From Hormiphora californensis (taxonomy: Eukaryota > Animalia > Ctenophora), in assembly GCA_020137815.1 (NCBI GenBank), contig CM035362.1:1860001-1924000 (forward strand): DNA of 64,000 bases. Reading direction: 5' to 3'. Each line of letters begins with the position of its first letter. Within the stretch, counting starts at the first letter, position 1. This document shows positions 1-49,195 of the stretch, one piece after another. Made by a program: the position numbers and the translations under genes. The notes under the pieces were generated by a model, which worked only from the letters and a program-made list of their open reading frames with translations, did no database searches and was not told the origin of the DNA.

Positions 1-3000
1 CATCCGGGGTTAAAACTTATAATCAGGTAGGGATGTGTATTGTGTAACCATGGTAACCTAGAGATAACACCGTAAGTGTGTAACCATGGTAACCAAAAGT
101 TACCCTCCCCATGATCATTATTCCCGCAGGATGAAAAAACGTATGTCGATGAGACGAAGATATCTTTTAAAATTGGCCTAGATGAGACAGTATGCTTTGA
201 GATACGCGAGAAAAATGCATACACCCCAAAGGAGGTGTTCAGGTATGTTACCATGGCAATCTTTTCAATGCCCAAATAAGGACAAAAAGGGATATTTTAC
301 AACCTAATAAGGTCATTGATTTCACAGGATATCCTTCTTGGATGTGGATAGCATCTTCACCTACAAGAACTCGTATGACTTTGCAATAGCTGAGAGTCAC
401 GTGACGTGTGTCTGTGATTGCCCGGGTATGGAAGACCAGTGTTCACCGATCCGACAGAGTTGTAAGGAGGAAGAGGACCAGTCGCATTTGTGTTGGAACT
501 TTTATAAAGGTTTGTACTGCGATCAATATATCAGATATTGATACCAACTACTACGGAAAATAACCGGGAAATAACCACTACCGATAATTACTAACCACTC
601 GGGGTAACTAATGGTTACTAACCACTCGCTCCCGGTAACCACTGGTTACTAACCACTCACCAGTATTGCCCTATTTCAGGTGATCAATCATCTGAGGGAT
701 GTGGAGTATTTGAGACGATGGGGTCTGCCGAGGTTTGCTGTGCTGTTGATTTTACACCATTCCTGGGTCAAACATACAAAGCATTCCAGGTTTGTCTTTG
801 CACATTTATCTGTGTAGTACTTGTGAGCGAGGGCGCTGGTAAGGGTTCGGCAGAGCAAGTCCTTTTTTTGAAAGCTTATGTGACATCCTAATATGATCTG
901 TTACAGGTTACCACCCCAACAACTCGGGGTAAGTTTGTCTTTGAAACCCGGACCAGTAACATCACCAACACCTTCTCGACTAACTTGGATAAGGCCAGCA
1001 AGAAGTTTATTGACCAGGATACCGCCATCTCATTTGAAACACCAGGTAGGGAACCTGCGACAGCTGAAACCCATACTAAGTTAATTCCATCAGCCAGCTT
1101 TCTGCTAGACTTCCTGGCCCTCTCCCGCTGTGCATGATACTAACATGACCCTGAGACCCTCGTTGGGTTTTCTACTACTACTGCTAAATCATGTTGTCAG
1201 GTTCCTCTGTTGCAATACCAGATGGGTGGTACTACGGGGCTCTGAACACCAACGAAGTACTAACCAATGTCCAGATTAATGGACTTAACGAGTGGAAGCT
1301 GAACAAGTTGGGCTGGCTGAAGTATGGACCGGACGGAAAGTTGAAATATAGCGAGAGTGAGGTTTCAAAGGTAACGATACTTGTACTTTGAGTTAGTTTT
1401 TAGTGCACTTGGCTGCCCGTAACGCAGCATATGAGGTGCACTTCGCACGCCGGAAAGGGAAAGGTAGCGAGCACCAGTTGACTTTTTTCACGATCCTTCC
1501 ACAGACGTTTTCTGCGGAGGCAACCAGCTGTCCTAACAACTTGATGAAGGTTGACTTTAGTTCCCCGTACGCTAACAGAGAGATTACGGAATCTCAGAGA
1601 CTCGATCAGTTCTTTCAAAGCACAATACGGTAACTTTATATAGAATCACTATCTTTCTCTATCTCTATCTCTATCTCTATCTCTATCTCTATCTCTATCT
1701 CTATGTTTTGGCAGGAAGGTAGTGAGGGAGGACGACCGCCGACATTTTCTGGTGTACTTTAGAAGTTTTGAGAAGCTGAATGTCCAGTTGACACTGCGTA
1801 ATGAGTATACGGTAGTACCCCATAAGTATGAAAGTGCCTTTACTAGCTTTACTGGAGCTGCACTACTGGATAAACACTCCAACAGGTAAGATAAGTCCTT
1901 ATATGGTAGGAATCTCCTAATATGGGCAGAAATATATTGCCATTTAAGGTCATGATCTTCATAAACAAGGGCCAGGAAGAGATAATATTCTACATAATAT
2001 ATCCAGGTTTCTGAATATCACAGTGTATGAGACATATGGGACGATATACGGGCACCTTCAGCAGCATGGCAAGACCATCGAATCTTTTGACATTATTGTA
2101 CCAACAGAGACTACAGCGGAGGGGAAACCTGTACCTGTGAAGAAATATACCAACTATGTCCAGGTATAATATTTGGAATCGGGTTATCTCGGAGACAATG
2201 AAGTGTCGAATTTCAAAAATTGGATGGGGGAATTGGATGGAAAACTTCAAATCCCTCTCTCTCAGGTGACCCAGTGGTGCTCGACCAGTGCCCCCACATT
2301 CCTCTGTCTCCACACCGGGACCACCTCTACACCCTCCTGCAAAATGATCAGCTGTAGTGCAATTAGAAACGATGACTTTGAGCTACCTGCCACCGATCTC
2401 AGATATAAGGTTTGTGAAAAAACAAACTTCTGCTCAATTTAGTTGGTCTCACTTGGGCAGTAAAATTTATCCATTAGAATTAGGGTACAGCCTACAATGC
2501 TCGCACTGGGAGCTCATCTCTTTCAATTCCTTATTCCAAATCTTTACCCCTCCCATCAGATAGGATACAGAGAGAGTTTATCAGACAGTCGTGTATGGAA
2601 GAAATACACCAACCCAGCTGAATGGTTCAATGGTATAACAGGCCTCCAAGAAGCCGTCTGCATGCTAGTCGTCCTGGGCTGTGTTGCCCTGTTTATCCTA
2701 TCTATCATCCTAATTGTACGGTGCACCCCGTTACGATACTACATAGCGGGACTCCTCGCTCGGATCCCCCTCCTCAGCCCTCAAGTCAGGGACAAGCTGT
2801 GGAGGTTCAGTGAACGAGGAGGAACAGGTTGGGGGTGTACATGTTGTGGTGGGGAGTCCAGTAGTTCTAGCAGTTCCAGTGGGGAGGAGATTGAACTTTC
2901 AGAGTTATCCGAGGGGATAATTGATGATGGGTTTTATTTTGATAATCCAATTACCGAGGAGGGGGAGTCGTACTATGATGATGATGAGTTGACGAGATCA

Positions 3001-3084
3001 CACCATTATGATCCTTATATGACGTCATCAGCAGATGAGGGTGTCTCGTTGGGAGAGTATTCGAGTAGTTGTTCTAGTGATTGA
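1..3084 (+). CDS. EFF-1/AFF-1 family (fusexin, class II) cell-cell fusogen, 5'-truncated by window edge, >=11 exons
   Basis: Hand-spliced GT-AG exons (~1-26, 130-242, 328-509, 680-789, 907-1044, 1201-1370, ~1505-1630, 1715-1884, 2007-2163, 2266-2409, 2560-3084) give one frame: FAIAESHVTCVCDC...CWNFYKGDQSSEGC...CCAVDFTPF...PTT...GWYY...NGLNEWKLNKLGW...FTGAALLDKHSNRFLNITVYE...NPAEWFNGI, then a TM helix and an acidic tail. Motif order matches recalled C. elegans EFF-1 (CICEC, CCDVRFKPY, LNEI..DRLGW, IIVDSKSNRLFNLTVYE). Confidence 0.85.
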
Positions 3085-3455
3085 ATTTGGTGACGCAGTC
3101 ACCCCTACTGCACTAGCCGCGTGAAGCACAGCTAAATGAAGCCTGCGAAGCGTAATAGGGGATGTCATCACCAACGATTAAGGCGACCCTCTCTCTCCAG
3201 GAGGGTTAAAACATAACAAATGATTGATATTGTGTGGCTCACACCGCATTTTATTTCGTAAAATCACACTGCACTTAGTGAGGGTTGATTGATATATTTG
3301 TATCTTTTTTAAATTTTGATATGAGTTTTCAAACGATTGTGTTCTGGATCATAAGTGTCCCCAATTACCCAAACCAACCCAAGATCTAAGCGAACAACTG
3401 CTTTGAAGAATGCCCCCCCCCCTCTGAAGAATTCAAAACAGGCCCAGACAACATT

Positions 3456-23880
<20,425 letters not shown>

Positions 23881-25060
23881 GGTGCCGGTCTCTCTTGATG
23901 ACAGATGTGTCTCTCCTCGTGTCACACAAAGAGAGGTTACATTGCACTACTGGGCGGTAATTGGGGTTAATTGGGACTATCGGGTAGCAATTAATACTAA
24001 TTAGGGACTGTCTTGAAGTCAATTAGAGGCTCTGTCCGTCAGTAGGTCTGTTTCAGAGTTCTTCAGAGAGAGTAGAGCAACACAAACCAAATTGACAGTC
24101 CCGAAATGAGCGATTTTTGCCTTTATGAAGGCGGGCCGAGTGCAACCGCACTCGATTTTGCTCAGATGATGCATCAGAGAGGCGCGGTCAAATTGATTCT
24201 ATGTGCGCGGCGCTCTCTTTGCGCGTGCCAATTTTAGATTGATAGATCATCCCATTGATTAACCAATTAAGCAGTCAATTAAGTTTATCAGCAGACTATT
24301 AAAGCCATATTATTTATCATGGCAAGTGATTTAGTTGTCCAAACCAAACCAAAATCCGGTTTTCCCACGCTTCTTCAGATTTGAGTACCGACAGTTTCAA
24401 ACCGCCAGATTTCCACGCTGACAATTTGTACTTTCATCACAAATGACGCGCATGGAGATTGCGCGCCATGTTAGTCCCCCTGGAATCTGTGACAAACGGA
24501 CATTTTCCCGGGCCTTTTTCACATGTAAACAGAGACGGGTGAAACGCAGAACATTCTTGTCTCCGTAAATAAATATACACACATTGATTACACAATTCAT
24601 TACTATCCTCTCACACTATCGTACACCCTGTTACTATCAATTGATATATGTACAATTCGTCTGTCTGAAAATTGTGTCAACCCTCTCTGTAAAAACAAAA
24701 TCATCTTAATTTGATACGGCGTAACTTTATTTTCTTTCTGACTAAATTATGATCTCAGTTGCAATCTAACATCACAGACTACTTTGATAAGTTAAATAAT
24801 TCGAATCATACGGCTCGTCCCTCTTAGCTGTCTACATTACTATCTTATCTGCATTATTATCTCTCTATCCATTCTCTCTCTCTCTCTCTCTTGAATACGA
24901 TCATCCATGTCATCCATATCCGTGTTGTATCATCTTTAATCGTTCTCTCTCTCCCTCTCCCTCTCTCCCTCTCTCATTCCTCAGATTCCTGTTTCAATAT
25001 ATCTTTCATTCAAATCCATGCACGACTAAGACCATATATAATTCCTATCACAACTCTCCC

Positions 25061-40395
<15,335 letters not shown>

Positions 40396-40747
40396 CTCTA
40401 ATAGTTAGATGAAGTGGTTAGTATAGGTGGTTATAAGTGGTTAGTATAGGTGGTTATAAGTGGTTAGTATGGTTGGTTATAAGTGGTTAGTATGGTTGGT
40501 TGCTAGAATGTGTGGTTAGTGCAGCTAGGTAAGGTGGGTTTTTAGGGACGGGAGACATTTGGGAGAAAACAATTAGTAAGCAAACAAAGATGGATACATC
40601 TGCTGGTATTCTCCTAATAACGCAACAGTTACTAATCATTTGCTGTAGAGTTTATAGATTGTATCATCGCCGTCAGAGCATTGGTCCGACAGTCGATGTG
40701 GTATGAATTGTCCTTAATGGGATAATGTGGGTCGAAAACTGATGATC

Positions 40748-40839
40748 AGGAAATACTGGTCCCTGATTGGCTGATAACCAGTCACGTGACCTAAATAACG
40801 AGTTCTGATTGGTTGTTTACTTGTTTCGGTCGGTTCCTG
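40748..40839. mobile_element. Partial hAT-type MITE copy, inverted (other partial copies at ~41180-41283 and 58910-58980)
   Basis: Matches the reverse complement of 3507-3615. Confidence 0.8.
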
Positions 40840-41383
40840 GTGGGTTGAAAACTGATGATCAGGTCACGTTTGTCATGCATTATCACCATGTTTGGCTCGG
40901 TTTGACGTGATGGATATAATCACTTTACTTGATATGAATTTTCTTTTCCTTGCTACTCTCTATATCTCGACACAGGGTACGGTCCCATACAAACTTTCTC
41001 AATTGAGTAATGAGTATTAATATGAGTAATGAGTATTATATGAAACTATTCAATCTGTAATTATAAGTTGAAAACGTGCAGGGGTGTTTTGTTTTTTTGT
41101 AACGACAGATGAGATAAATACGTGGAGGCTTGAAACTATATCATCCTATTTTGATGTCCTTCGATACAGGTGATTTATACCCGACTGAAACAAGTAAACA
41201 ACCAATCAGAACTCGTTATTTAGGTCACGTGACTGGTTATCAGCCAATCAGGGACCAGTTTTTCCTGATTCGGTCGGTTCCTGTTACCAGTTGCATTCTA
41301 CATACTTTCAAATAATAACCGTACGGATAAATTATCACACCACCCGGGCACCACACTTAATAACTGTTTGAATTGCTCTCCAG

Positions 41384-44300
41384 ATCCTTCAAGGGAGCTG
41401 CGGAAGTGGACCCGCTCCCGGATAGAACGATAACAGCAGTGCTCGGTTTTGAACCCCACAATCTACACCGCCTATCTGATGAAATTGCAGGTTCACCTCT
41501 ATTTTCAAAATAGTGAATGTGTTTCGTTGTTTAGTTTACTTTGAATTGTTCATACTTTGTGTGTAGCGTGAATAGTGCCAGGCGACTTTTAGCTCACTCA
41601 GGAGTCAGGTTGCCAATGGTAACAAATATTTGCCTTGTTCGAACCTCCCGAAAATAAAATAAAAAGGTTTGAACAAAACAAACAAATATGTAATATTCCT
41701 TTATTTTCAGGTAGCACAGCTCACATTGAGGAGTTTTTAGACCATTCTAAAGAGGGAAAACACCCGGTTTATGAAACTGCAATTGCTCGTTACTACCACC
41801 AAATCATTAAAGTAAGTGTAGTGTGGACTGGTATTACTGCAGCACTTGTTATATTATTGCCCAGTTTTACAATATTTGCCGTCGCAGGGTGGGGTGGGAG
41901 AGGGTCGAGAAAAAGTACCGTCTATACTGCTTTCACGAGACAGTCGAATCAGTTAAATATTTAAATCGGGGTGCCACTAAATCGGGGTCCGACAGTATTT
42001 GTATTTTCAGGGGCTTCCAGATGGTATCAATTCGTCAAATCCTTTCGACAAGACCTGTTCCATGTGGCCAGGGCTCCGGGTTACCCCCGACGACAATCAT
42101 ATCCTGGAATATTACAAAAGTAAAGTATTATTGGTCCTGCAGTCCACGGCGTGCCTGGTGAAATTTTAACACGACCTAGCATGCAACGGGAAACCACCAC
42201 TTGTACGTGGTAGCTGAGGGTCTACAGAATGGCGCTACGGTGCGGGATAAAAAAATCCATTCCCTAAAATCTTTTTTTTTACTTTTATTTGATTTGGGTC
42301 AAAATTGGCTATATTAAACGTGGTCCCGAAAAATCCATAATGACTTATCACACGAAATATGTCACCCCTACCTATTTTTGCACGTAGAATCGATTGCCGT
42401 TGAAGTCGAATCTCTAAAATGACTGTAAAATGGTCAAAAGTTGATTTTTTACCATTTTTTGGAGGTTTTTGGCCCCTAAACCATTGAAAACGTTGAGATA
42501 GGAATTTGAAACTAGTGCCAATCATTAAAATGGTCATTTTTCTACCAAGAACCAAGTTTTCGTGTATATCCGATTTATGGTTAGATTTGGGCAAATTGTT
42601 GAAATCTGCCAACTAGGAGAACCGTAACTTGATTTTCTTGTTTTTTGGATTTTGGCATTTTTGACTAACTTCTGATTGAAATGGTCAATCGGGACCATGC
42701 TTAAGTTGTTTATGGGACAATTTTCGACTAAAATCTAAGATTTCATACCAATCCAATAACAGATCGTTGATTTATAGAAAATTTATGTAGGCAAAACGGT
42801 CAAAATGACAACTTTTCTTGCTTATTTTCACCGTTTTGCCTACTTAAATTTTCTATAAATCAACGATCTGTAATTGGATTGGTATGAAATCTTGGATTTT
42901 AGTCGAAAATTGTCCCATAAACAACTTAAGCATGGTCCCGATTGACCATTTCAATCAGAAGTTAGTCAATCCAACAAAAGCTTAGTACACAATGGACTCT
43001 GTTTTTTAAATTGAATCATTGGGCGAATAGTTTTTAAGTGATTTTCCAACATCGTTTTGACTTTTGACCCGAATCGGTAATTCAGGCTATCGTGGGCCAC
43101 TACACTGTCAATTTGATGTTAGCCCGGGAAATTTTAAAGCCTCTTTTTAAAAAAAATTCTTTTTCGACTGGAATGAATCCTGAATGAACTTGAAAACAGG
43201 AATGCTTTTTGGAACCGGAATTTCACAGTCGCCTTCGGGTATCGATTTCCTTTCAAACGCCACTAATTTGAGCTCAATTGGACCACCACAAGAGACACAG
43301 TGTCTAGTTATCTAACCCTAGGTTTGGTCATCTGACACCTAATGTGACGATAGCGTCATTACTAAGTGCCAATAAGCAGGTGTAACGGTCGAGTATCACG
43401 TATCACATCTGCTAATGAGGATGGTGTACCGATACAGCATCCGTTAAAATGTAAGCTCTCTTGCTAACACGTCATAATTTGATGGGGATCACATGACTTA
43501 CCCTAGGCTTAGAAAACGGATCACTGTGATTCTTGTGGTGATCCAATTAAGCTCAAACTGGTCCCATTCGAAAGGAAATCGATAGCCAAACAAATTTGTG
43601 AAACTTTGGTACCGAAATATGGTCCCATATTGGTGTTCATTCAATGTTCATTCGGTCGAAAAAAATGAACTTTTATCCAGAGGGCTGAAACTTCGGATTC
43701 CTCGAATGAGTACCCATGCAGACATTGTTTCAAAATATCAGAGTGATTGAAATTAAACTTCTGGATGAAAAGAAGGCCAACGTACCCTCCCTTTAATTTG
43801 GGCCACGCGGTATTACAACTTGTTATGTTCTATCCCTCCTTTACACACACGTTCCTAGGTTATATGATGGGTCCATATAACCACTTCCACTGCAGGATTT
43901 TTCCTTAATCAAAGATTTGTCACAACTTCATCCCTGCTGTTCTACAGGTGTTCAGTACATACTTGCTCCAGCCGGATCTTCTAAGTTCAGTCGTTCTACC
44001 CGCTGACTCCACTGAAGAGCACTGCAGGAAATATAAAGAGGAAACCTACAAAATGACAACAAACCCTATTGCTGCCCTGTCGAATCACTTAGTTCGGGAT
44101 GTTCTGATTGGAAATGTGAAAATACGGTATATAGTAGCCGCACAGTCGTTTTCTTTTCGACCAAACACTGGCCCTCAGAAAACTTACAAATGCGTTTCCG
44201 GAAGTTCTTTTAGAGAGTTTCTACATTTTCGCTCGATAGATATACCTGAGGTGGGTGATCATTAACAATTAAAAACTCATGTCAGACAGTGTAACGCTAC

Positions 44301-47300
44301 AGATACAACTGAATCCGGGTGTGGGTGTAAGGAGAAGAAATCAATTGAACGGCTGGAAGAGGCGACAAAACTACTTCGATTGGTAAGTTGTTATCACTTA
44401 TCTTGATCCTTCTCATCGTTTCTATGTAACACCATTCGGTTGTTTCAACTTGTGTAATGTGTTGGCTCTGTCTGGCGGCGCCATACCTCCATTTGACAGT
44501 GCGCTCAGATGGGGTCCGTGGCGCCAGACAGTATTGACTCAACTCTAGGCAGCAGATAACAAAATAGAGACTTCCTGCGTAACCTCCCACGAGAGGGTGA
44601 GACAGTTGGCGGAAAACAAGTCCAAAAGTTCAGATTTTTTGGAAGATATGTTTACCCACCGGGAGGAGTTCGTTCACAACATCACCTCCACGCAGTAAGT
44701 GATAATGGTAGACATCATATTATTTCTACTGGCTACTTCTGTTGATTCGTCGATGATCGAACTCCGACCGGGGTATCGCTGTCCAAATAACAGCTCTGGA
44801 AACAACATGTATTACACACGTCTAATCCAAACTAAGTGAATATTTAACACCCGTCCAGGCCAAACGCTGACCAGTTATTTGGATTGGATAACAGCCTGTC
44901 TAATTACCTGTGGAGCTCCTTCATCAACACTCGATTCACAGAGTTACCGGTAAGGATCACCATTACAAATGGCTCACCATGACAACATTTGCAACAAATG
45001 CAATACCCAGATATTTGTGACTAACCTTATTATTATTTCCCAGGTCAAAACAGGGATTTGGTGGTACGCACTGAGTTTTGTTAACTACAAAAGCTGCGAA
45101 CAACAGGAGAATATCTACCTCATAGCCGAGCTATTGGAGCAATACTCCAGAATTTACTACTTCACACGATTTTCGTTAGTGGGACGAATGAAAGTTTCAA
45201 CTCTTGATAAGAGATGAATGCAAGGGCAGGGGGCAATTCTAAAATAACAACATTTCCATCTAGTGTTCTTGATACGTGTGGCTTATTAGATGAAGTGGAT
45301 CCAATTGATTCCATGATTCTGGCTGATTACTACGCCTGTATCACAGTCAACAAGGTATATGTGGTGAACGTTACTAGTTGAATGTTGTTACAGTAGATTA
45401 TGCTAACAGTATACAGCGAACAATGTGATACTCGGTCTGCTCACTTTAGGTGCTCCTTCATAATTACTCGTTAGTTATTTACTCATTTATGTAATGTACT
45501 CATTCTTTTACTGGAATCATTTGGAAAGCAATGTTCATTTCTCCCATGCAGTCGTACCGAGATTACGATTATAGAGTGTTAACAGAGGCGTTGAACAGAG
45601 TTTTCGGGTCCAACAACGAGCCAGTAAGTTTGAGCAAAATGTATGTCATTTTATTACCAAAAAAACTTAGGACATAGGTATACTAAATATAATATGACAA
45701 TTATGAAATGTAATTTCAGACGCCCAACTACTTTGAAGAGCTGCAATACATTTCTGGCACTCTAGTCAGGGACGAGAGCTTGTATGGATCAGATGATATC
45801 CAAACGAAGCTTGATAACTCTTTGTACAGCATGTCGGTTATCGTTGATAGTAAAGTAAGTGTATCTTCATGAAATTCCTTTTTTATCATGACACAATAAT
45901 TATATTACAGTCGGACCCCGATTTAGTGGCATCCTCGGGGGAAAAATCCTGTCACTAAATCGGGGTGCCACTAAATCGGGGGCCACTAAATCGGGGTGCC
46001 ACTAAATCGGGTTCAAATAATGTTAATTTCCTATATCGGGGAAAAAAGTCCTGCCACTAAATCGGGGTGCCACTAAATCGGGGGCCACTAAATCGGGGTC
46101 CGACTGCAGTACTAGTACTACAGAAACTAATTTTCACTCCCAGAACTACAGCAAGGACTACGAATGGGTATTTCTGACAACTAACTTTTTGGACGAATGC
46201 TTTACCTGTGATCTACTTGAAACAACTGCCATGTCTTTTGATTACGTTCGAATGAGGTATGGGCGAATATATCTAAAGGCTTACTTTTAAACTGGTTCTG
46301 ACGCTATATATGACTCAAATTTCCTTACAGACTGTTCAATTTGATCGAGAATCGGAAAGGTCCGTACAGCTATGAGGAACCGCTTTACAAGGAATTAAGG
46401 GATGGATTCTTCCGCGAGGAAGATCAATGTGGGAACACTATGACAGAAGTTATAGAAGTGTATCTTGAAACCTATATAGATCTGCTGGAGACAAAGATAA
46501 TGGATGATGACGGTAGGTTGGTTTTCAGTTAAAACGGGCTATTAGTATCAAACTGAGCTCAAAATATCATGAGTATTTGATAGAATAGAACCCCACAGAA
46601 TTCTTTTCAGATGCATGGGAGCTATTTTTCGACTACTTGGTCAGAAGCAAATCAGACTTTCCAAAACGTGGTCAGCTGATTAATGCACTGAAAGATGCTG
46701 ATAACAATTTTAATGATATCCAAAATGCAGTATCGAGTAGGATCAGCAAATCAGGTAGTTGTTTTGTTCAAACCCTTTTTAGTTTTTTATTTTTCTCGTG
46801 CAGGCGTGGTCGAGCAAGGCAAATATGTAGTATGCAACATTACTAAATCCCAAGATTATTATTATTTTGAACGATATAAATCAAGCACACTCCGATAACA
46901 GGTCTCGAGGAAAAGGATGACAGGTCATCTTTTGACGATCACAGGGAATTTGAGGAGAAATACATCGGGAAAAAGACTACAAAGATACTGAAGGAAATTT
47001 ACAGGAAGTTTAATGAAGCCAAGGAGTGCCTACTCTATGCTAACGGGGTCATTAAGTAAGTAACAGATTAATTTCCCTTTTTTCACGGAATGAAAATATG
47101 TAGCGTCATGTCCTTTAGTTACACTAACAGCTCCCATCATGTGGCCGACACAATCAAACTTATTATACATAGCGCCAGGTCTTTCAGTTACACTAACAGG
47201 CAACAGCTTCCATCATGGCCGGCACAAATTATGTCACAATCAAACTTATTTTAGGTTTGATGAGAACAACGTGAAAGAACTTGTTTCTCCGACTTGTGAA

Positions 47301-47366
47301 GCAGTGAACGGTAAAGAAGTGGTGGCAAAGGGGAAGAAGAAGAAGAAGAAGAAAAATAAATCATAA
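41384..47366 (+). CDS. Uncharacterised multi-exon protein with C-terminal poly-Lys tail; 5' structure uncertain, possible frameshift near 46890
   Basis: GT-AG exons in compatible phase at ~45044-45174, 45263-45354, 45552-45623, 45720-45854, 46144-46256, 46331-46512, 46611-46754, 46804-47055, 47255-47366 (KGKKKKKKKNKS*). Candidate upstream exons at 41384, 41711, 42011, 43948, 44301. No family recognised. Confidence 0.55.
42661..42969. repeat. Near-perfect inverted repeat, ~140-bp arms with ~30-bp spacer
   Basis: TTGACTAACTTCTGATTGAAATGG...GCAAAACGGT is followed by ACCGTTTTGC...CCATTTCAATCAGAAGTTAGTCAA. Confidence 0.9.
45908..46106. mobile_element. Tc1/mariner-type MITE (CAGTCGGACCCCGATTTA TIR); relatives at 55410-55477, ~39530-39590, ~41941-41997
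   Basis: TIR pair, 5' TA flank, internal GCCACTAAATCGGGG repeats. Confidence 0.85.
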
Positions 47367-47596
47367 AAGCATTGTTGCAATATTGAAAACAAAGATAAAA
47401 TTAGAGAATATAATTTTGAAACAAACATTAATTTATCACATGACGTCCCCATGACGTATAAAAAAAGTTAAAAGACTTAAAGGATATAAAAAAGGTATAA
47501 AAAGTTGCTGATGTTTTTGAGTCAAATCATTAGTAATCATTGGTTACGCATGCATGAACGTTTGTCGTTAATTATTGTTGATACAGCTGTCCGTGT

Positions 47597-49195
47597 TTAA
47601 CATGGCCCATAATCGTGTTTTTCGAAATGTGGCCAGAAAATATAAAGTTTATAAGTGCCAGGTTTTTCGAACGGGAATTTGTTGATTATGTACGGCTCAG
47701 GTCCAGACAACTTCTTTTTTCTCTGGAATCTCACACAAATATGCTTCAAAACAGCTGGCTCCTGGAGAAATTTAACACCCTGTTGAGCATTTAACTTCGG
47801 ATCACGAAAAATAAAGTCAGGCGACTCAACTTTCAACAGTGAATTATCGGTAATTAACTTGATGGTAATCACAGGAGCACTTGTAGAATCCTTCATGACA
47901 ACGGAAACGTTTATTCCAATCAGGTATTTAACATTGTTTTCCGAACATAAATCAAGGAACATGTTTTGTGACTTCTCAAACGGGAAGACCATACTCTTTG
48001 TTTCAAAAACCAACTCATCACAACTTTTCGACACACAGAGGCAGTTCTCCGAGTCAGTTTTTCCTTTGACCTTCTCTAGAACCGTATTTAAGTTAGATTT
48101 CTGCGTCAGAAAGTCCACCAGAAAGTACCGAGGATTCCTTTTGTTTATCGCTGCTTTCAGTGCATTGGTAACCACAGCAGCACTACCAAATTCAAGTTTA
48201 ACACCTGCTAACATATCGCACTGCTTTAGACTGGTTAAAAACTGGTTGCACGATTGGATTCGAGGGTGATTATTCACTAGCACGATAATTTCAAACCAAG
48301 TGGTACATTTATTAAGATCAGATATAATTTCAATCGGGTACACAATCTCAATTTGCGGAGTCTCAGATACAGTAGCCTCATCAGGAAACCCGCCAGTAGC
48401 AAGGAAGAGAACCTCATTAAATGTAGCACACAGAGACCCAAGATCCTCCTTTGAAAGAGATGTTTGGAGCGTTTTCATTAACTTGGAGTAAACCCTCGGG
48501 TCTTCTTGGAAGCATGCCGTCAGTGATTGAGTCTGCAAGAACCTATTCTCCACCTCACTCAACTTCACAGGCTTTGGCCTGATCTCGATCATGTCAACGA
48601 GACCTGTGAATAGTGCTGGTGTTGCATTCCCTGCCAGTGCCAAACAAAGATCAGTGCACCCTGGCCAAAGCTTAACCGGATCACGAACCAGGAATTCTTG
48701 GACGAGAGCCAGCTGGAGATTTGGAAAACCGGATAATCCAGTGAAAAGAGCATCTTGTAGTTCCTTACTGTTTCTCTCCTTGAGGATGTAGGCCGCTTCT
48801 TCAAATAAAAACCAGGTAACGTCACAAGATTTAAATGCCAACCCGGAGCAGAGAGAGGTGTAAAACTTCAAACATTCCTGTATCATCCATGGGACCTTGA
48901 ATACTGCGCTCACTTTGTTGATCTCTCGGAAATTTTGCCGTGTGACTGCTACAGATCCTGTGTAGCAAGACTCGACGAGACACCACACAGATGTCCGACT
49001 AAACTCCTCCAGATCGAGCGCCTTCACCAACTGTTTACCCACCAGGTCACACACCAGTTCGCTGTTTAAGGCCATTAAACCCGAACTTGCCATTACAACT
49101 TCACCATTTGCACAGGTGAATTCAATGTCGTTAATTCCTTTCAAATCCAGAAGGTGCCTGCCAAAGTTCATTGGTAGGGTACACTCCGCTACCAT
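47597..49195 (-). CDS. Intronless BTB/POZ-domain protein, 532 aa
   Basis: N-terminal DIEFTCANGEVVMASSGLMALNS...LDLEEFS...LVESCYTG...NFREINKVSAVFKVPWM fits a BTB fold pattern; long open frame. Confidence 0.75.
   Translation of the reverse strand: MVAECTLPMNFGRHLLDLKGINDIEFTCANGEVVMASSGLMALNSELVCDLVGKQLVKALDLEEFSRTSVWCLVESCYTGSVAVTRQNFREINKVSAVFKVPWMIQECLKFYTSLCSGLAFKSCDVTWFLFEEAAYILKERNSKELQDALFTGLSGFPNLQLALVQEFLVRDPVKLWPGCTDLCLALAGNATPALFTGLVDMIEIRPKPVKLSEVENRFLQTQSLTACFQEDPRVYSKLMKTLQTSLSKEDLGSLCATFNEVLFLATGGFPDEATVSETPQIEIVYPIEIISDLNKCTTWFEIIVLVNNHPRIQSCNQFLTSLKQCDMLAGVKLEFGSAAVVTNALKAAINKRNPRYFLVDFLTQKSNLNTVLEKVKGKTDSENCLCVSKSCDELVFETKSMVFPFEKSQNMFLDLCSENNVKYLIGINVSVVMKDSTSAPVITIKLITDNSLLKVESPDFIFRDPKLNAQQGVKFLQEPAVLKHICVRFQRKKKLSGPEPYIINKFPFEKPGTYKLYIFWPHFEKHDYGPC

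Noticed and set aside
1-3084. Endogenous viral class II glycoprotein or HAP2/GCS1
   Set aside because: Many spliceosomal introns, no neighbouring viral genes, and motifs match EFF/AFF rather than HAP2.
41130-41315. ORF containing [20 protein letters not shown]
   Set aside because: Translation of the hAT MITE, not a gene.
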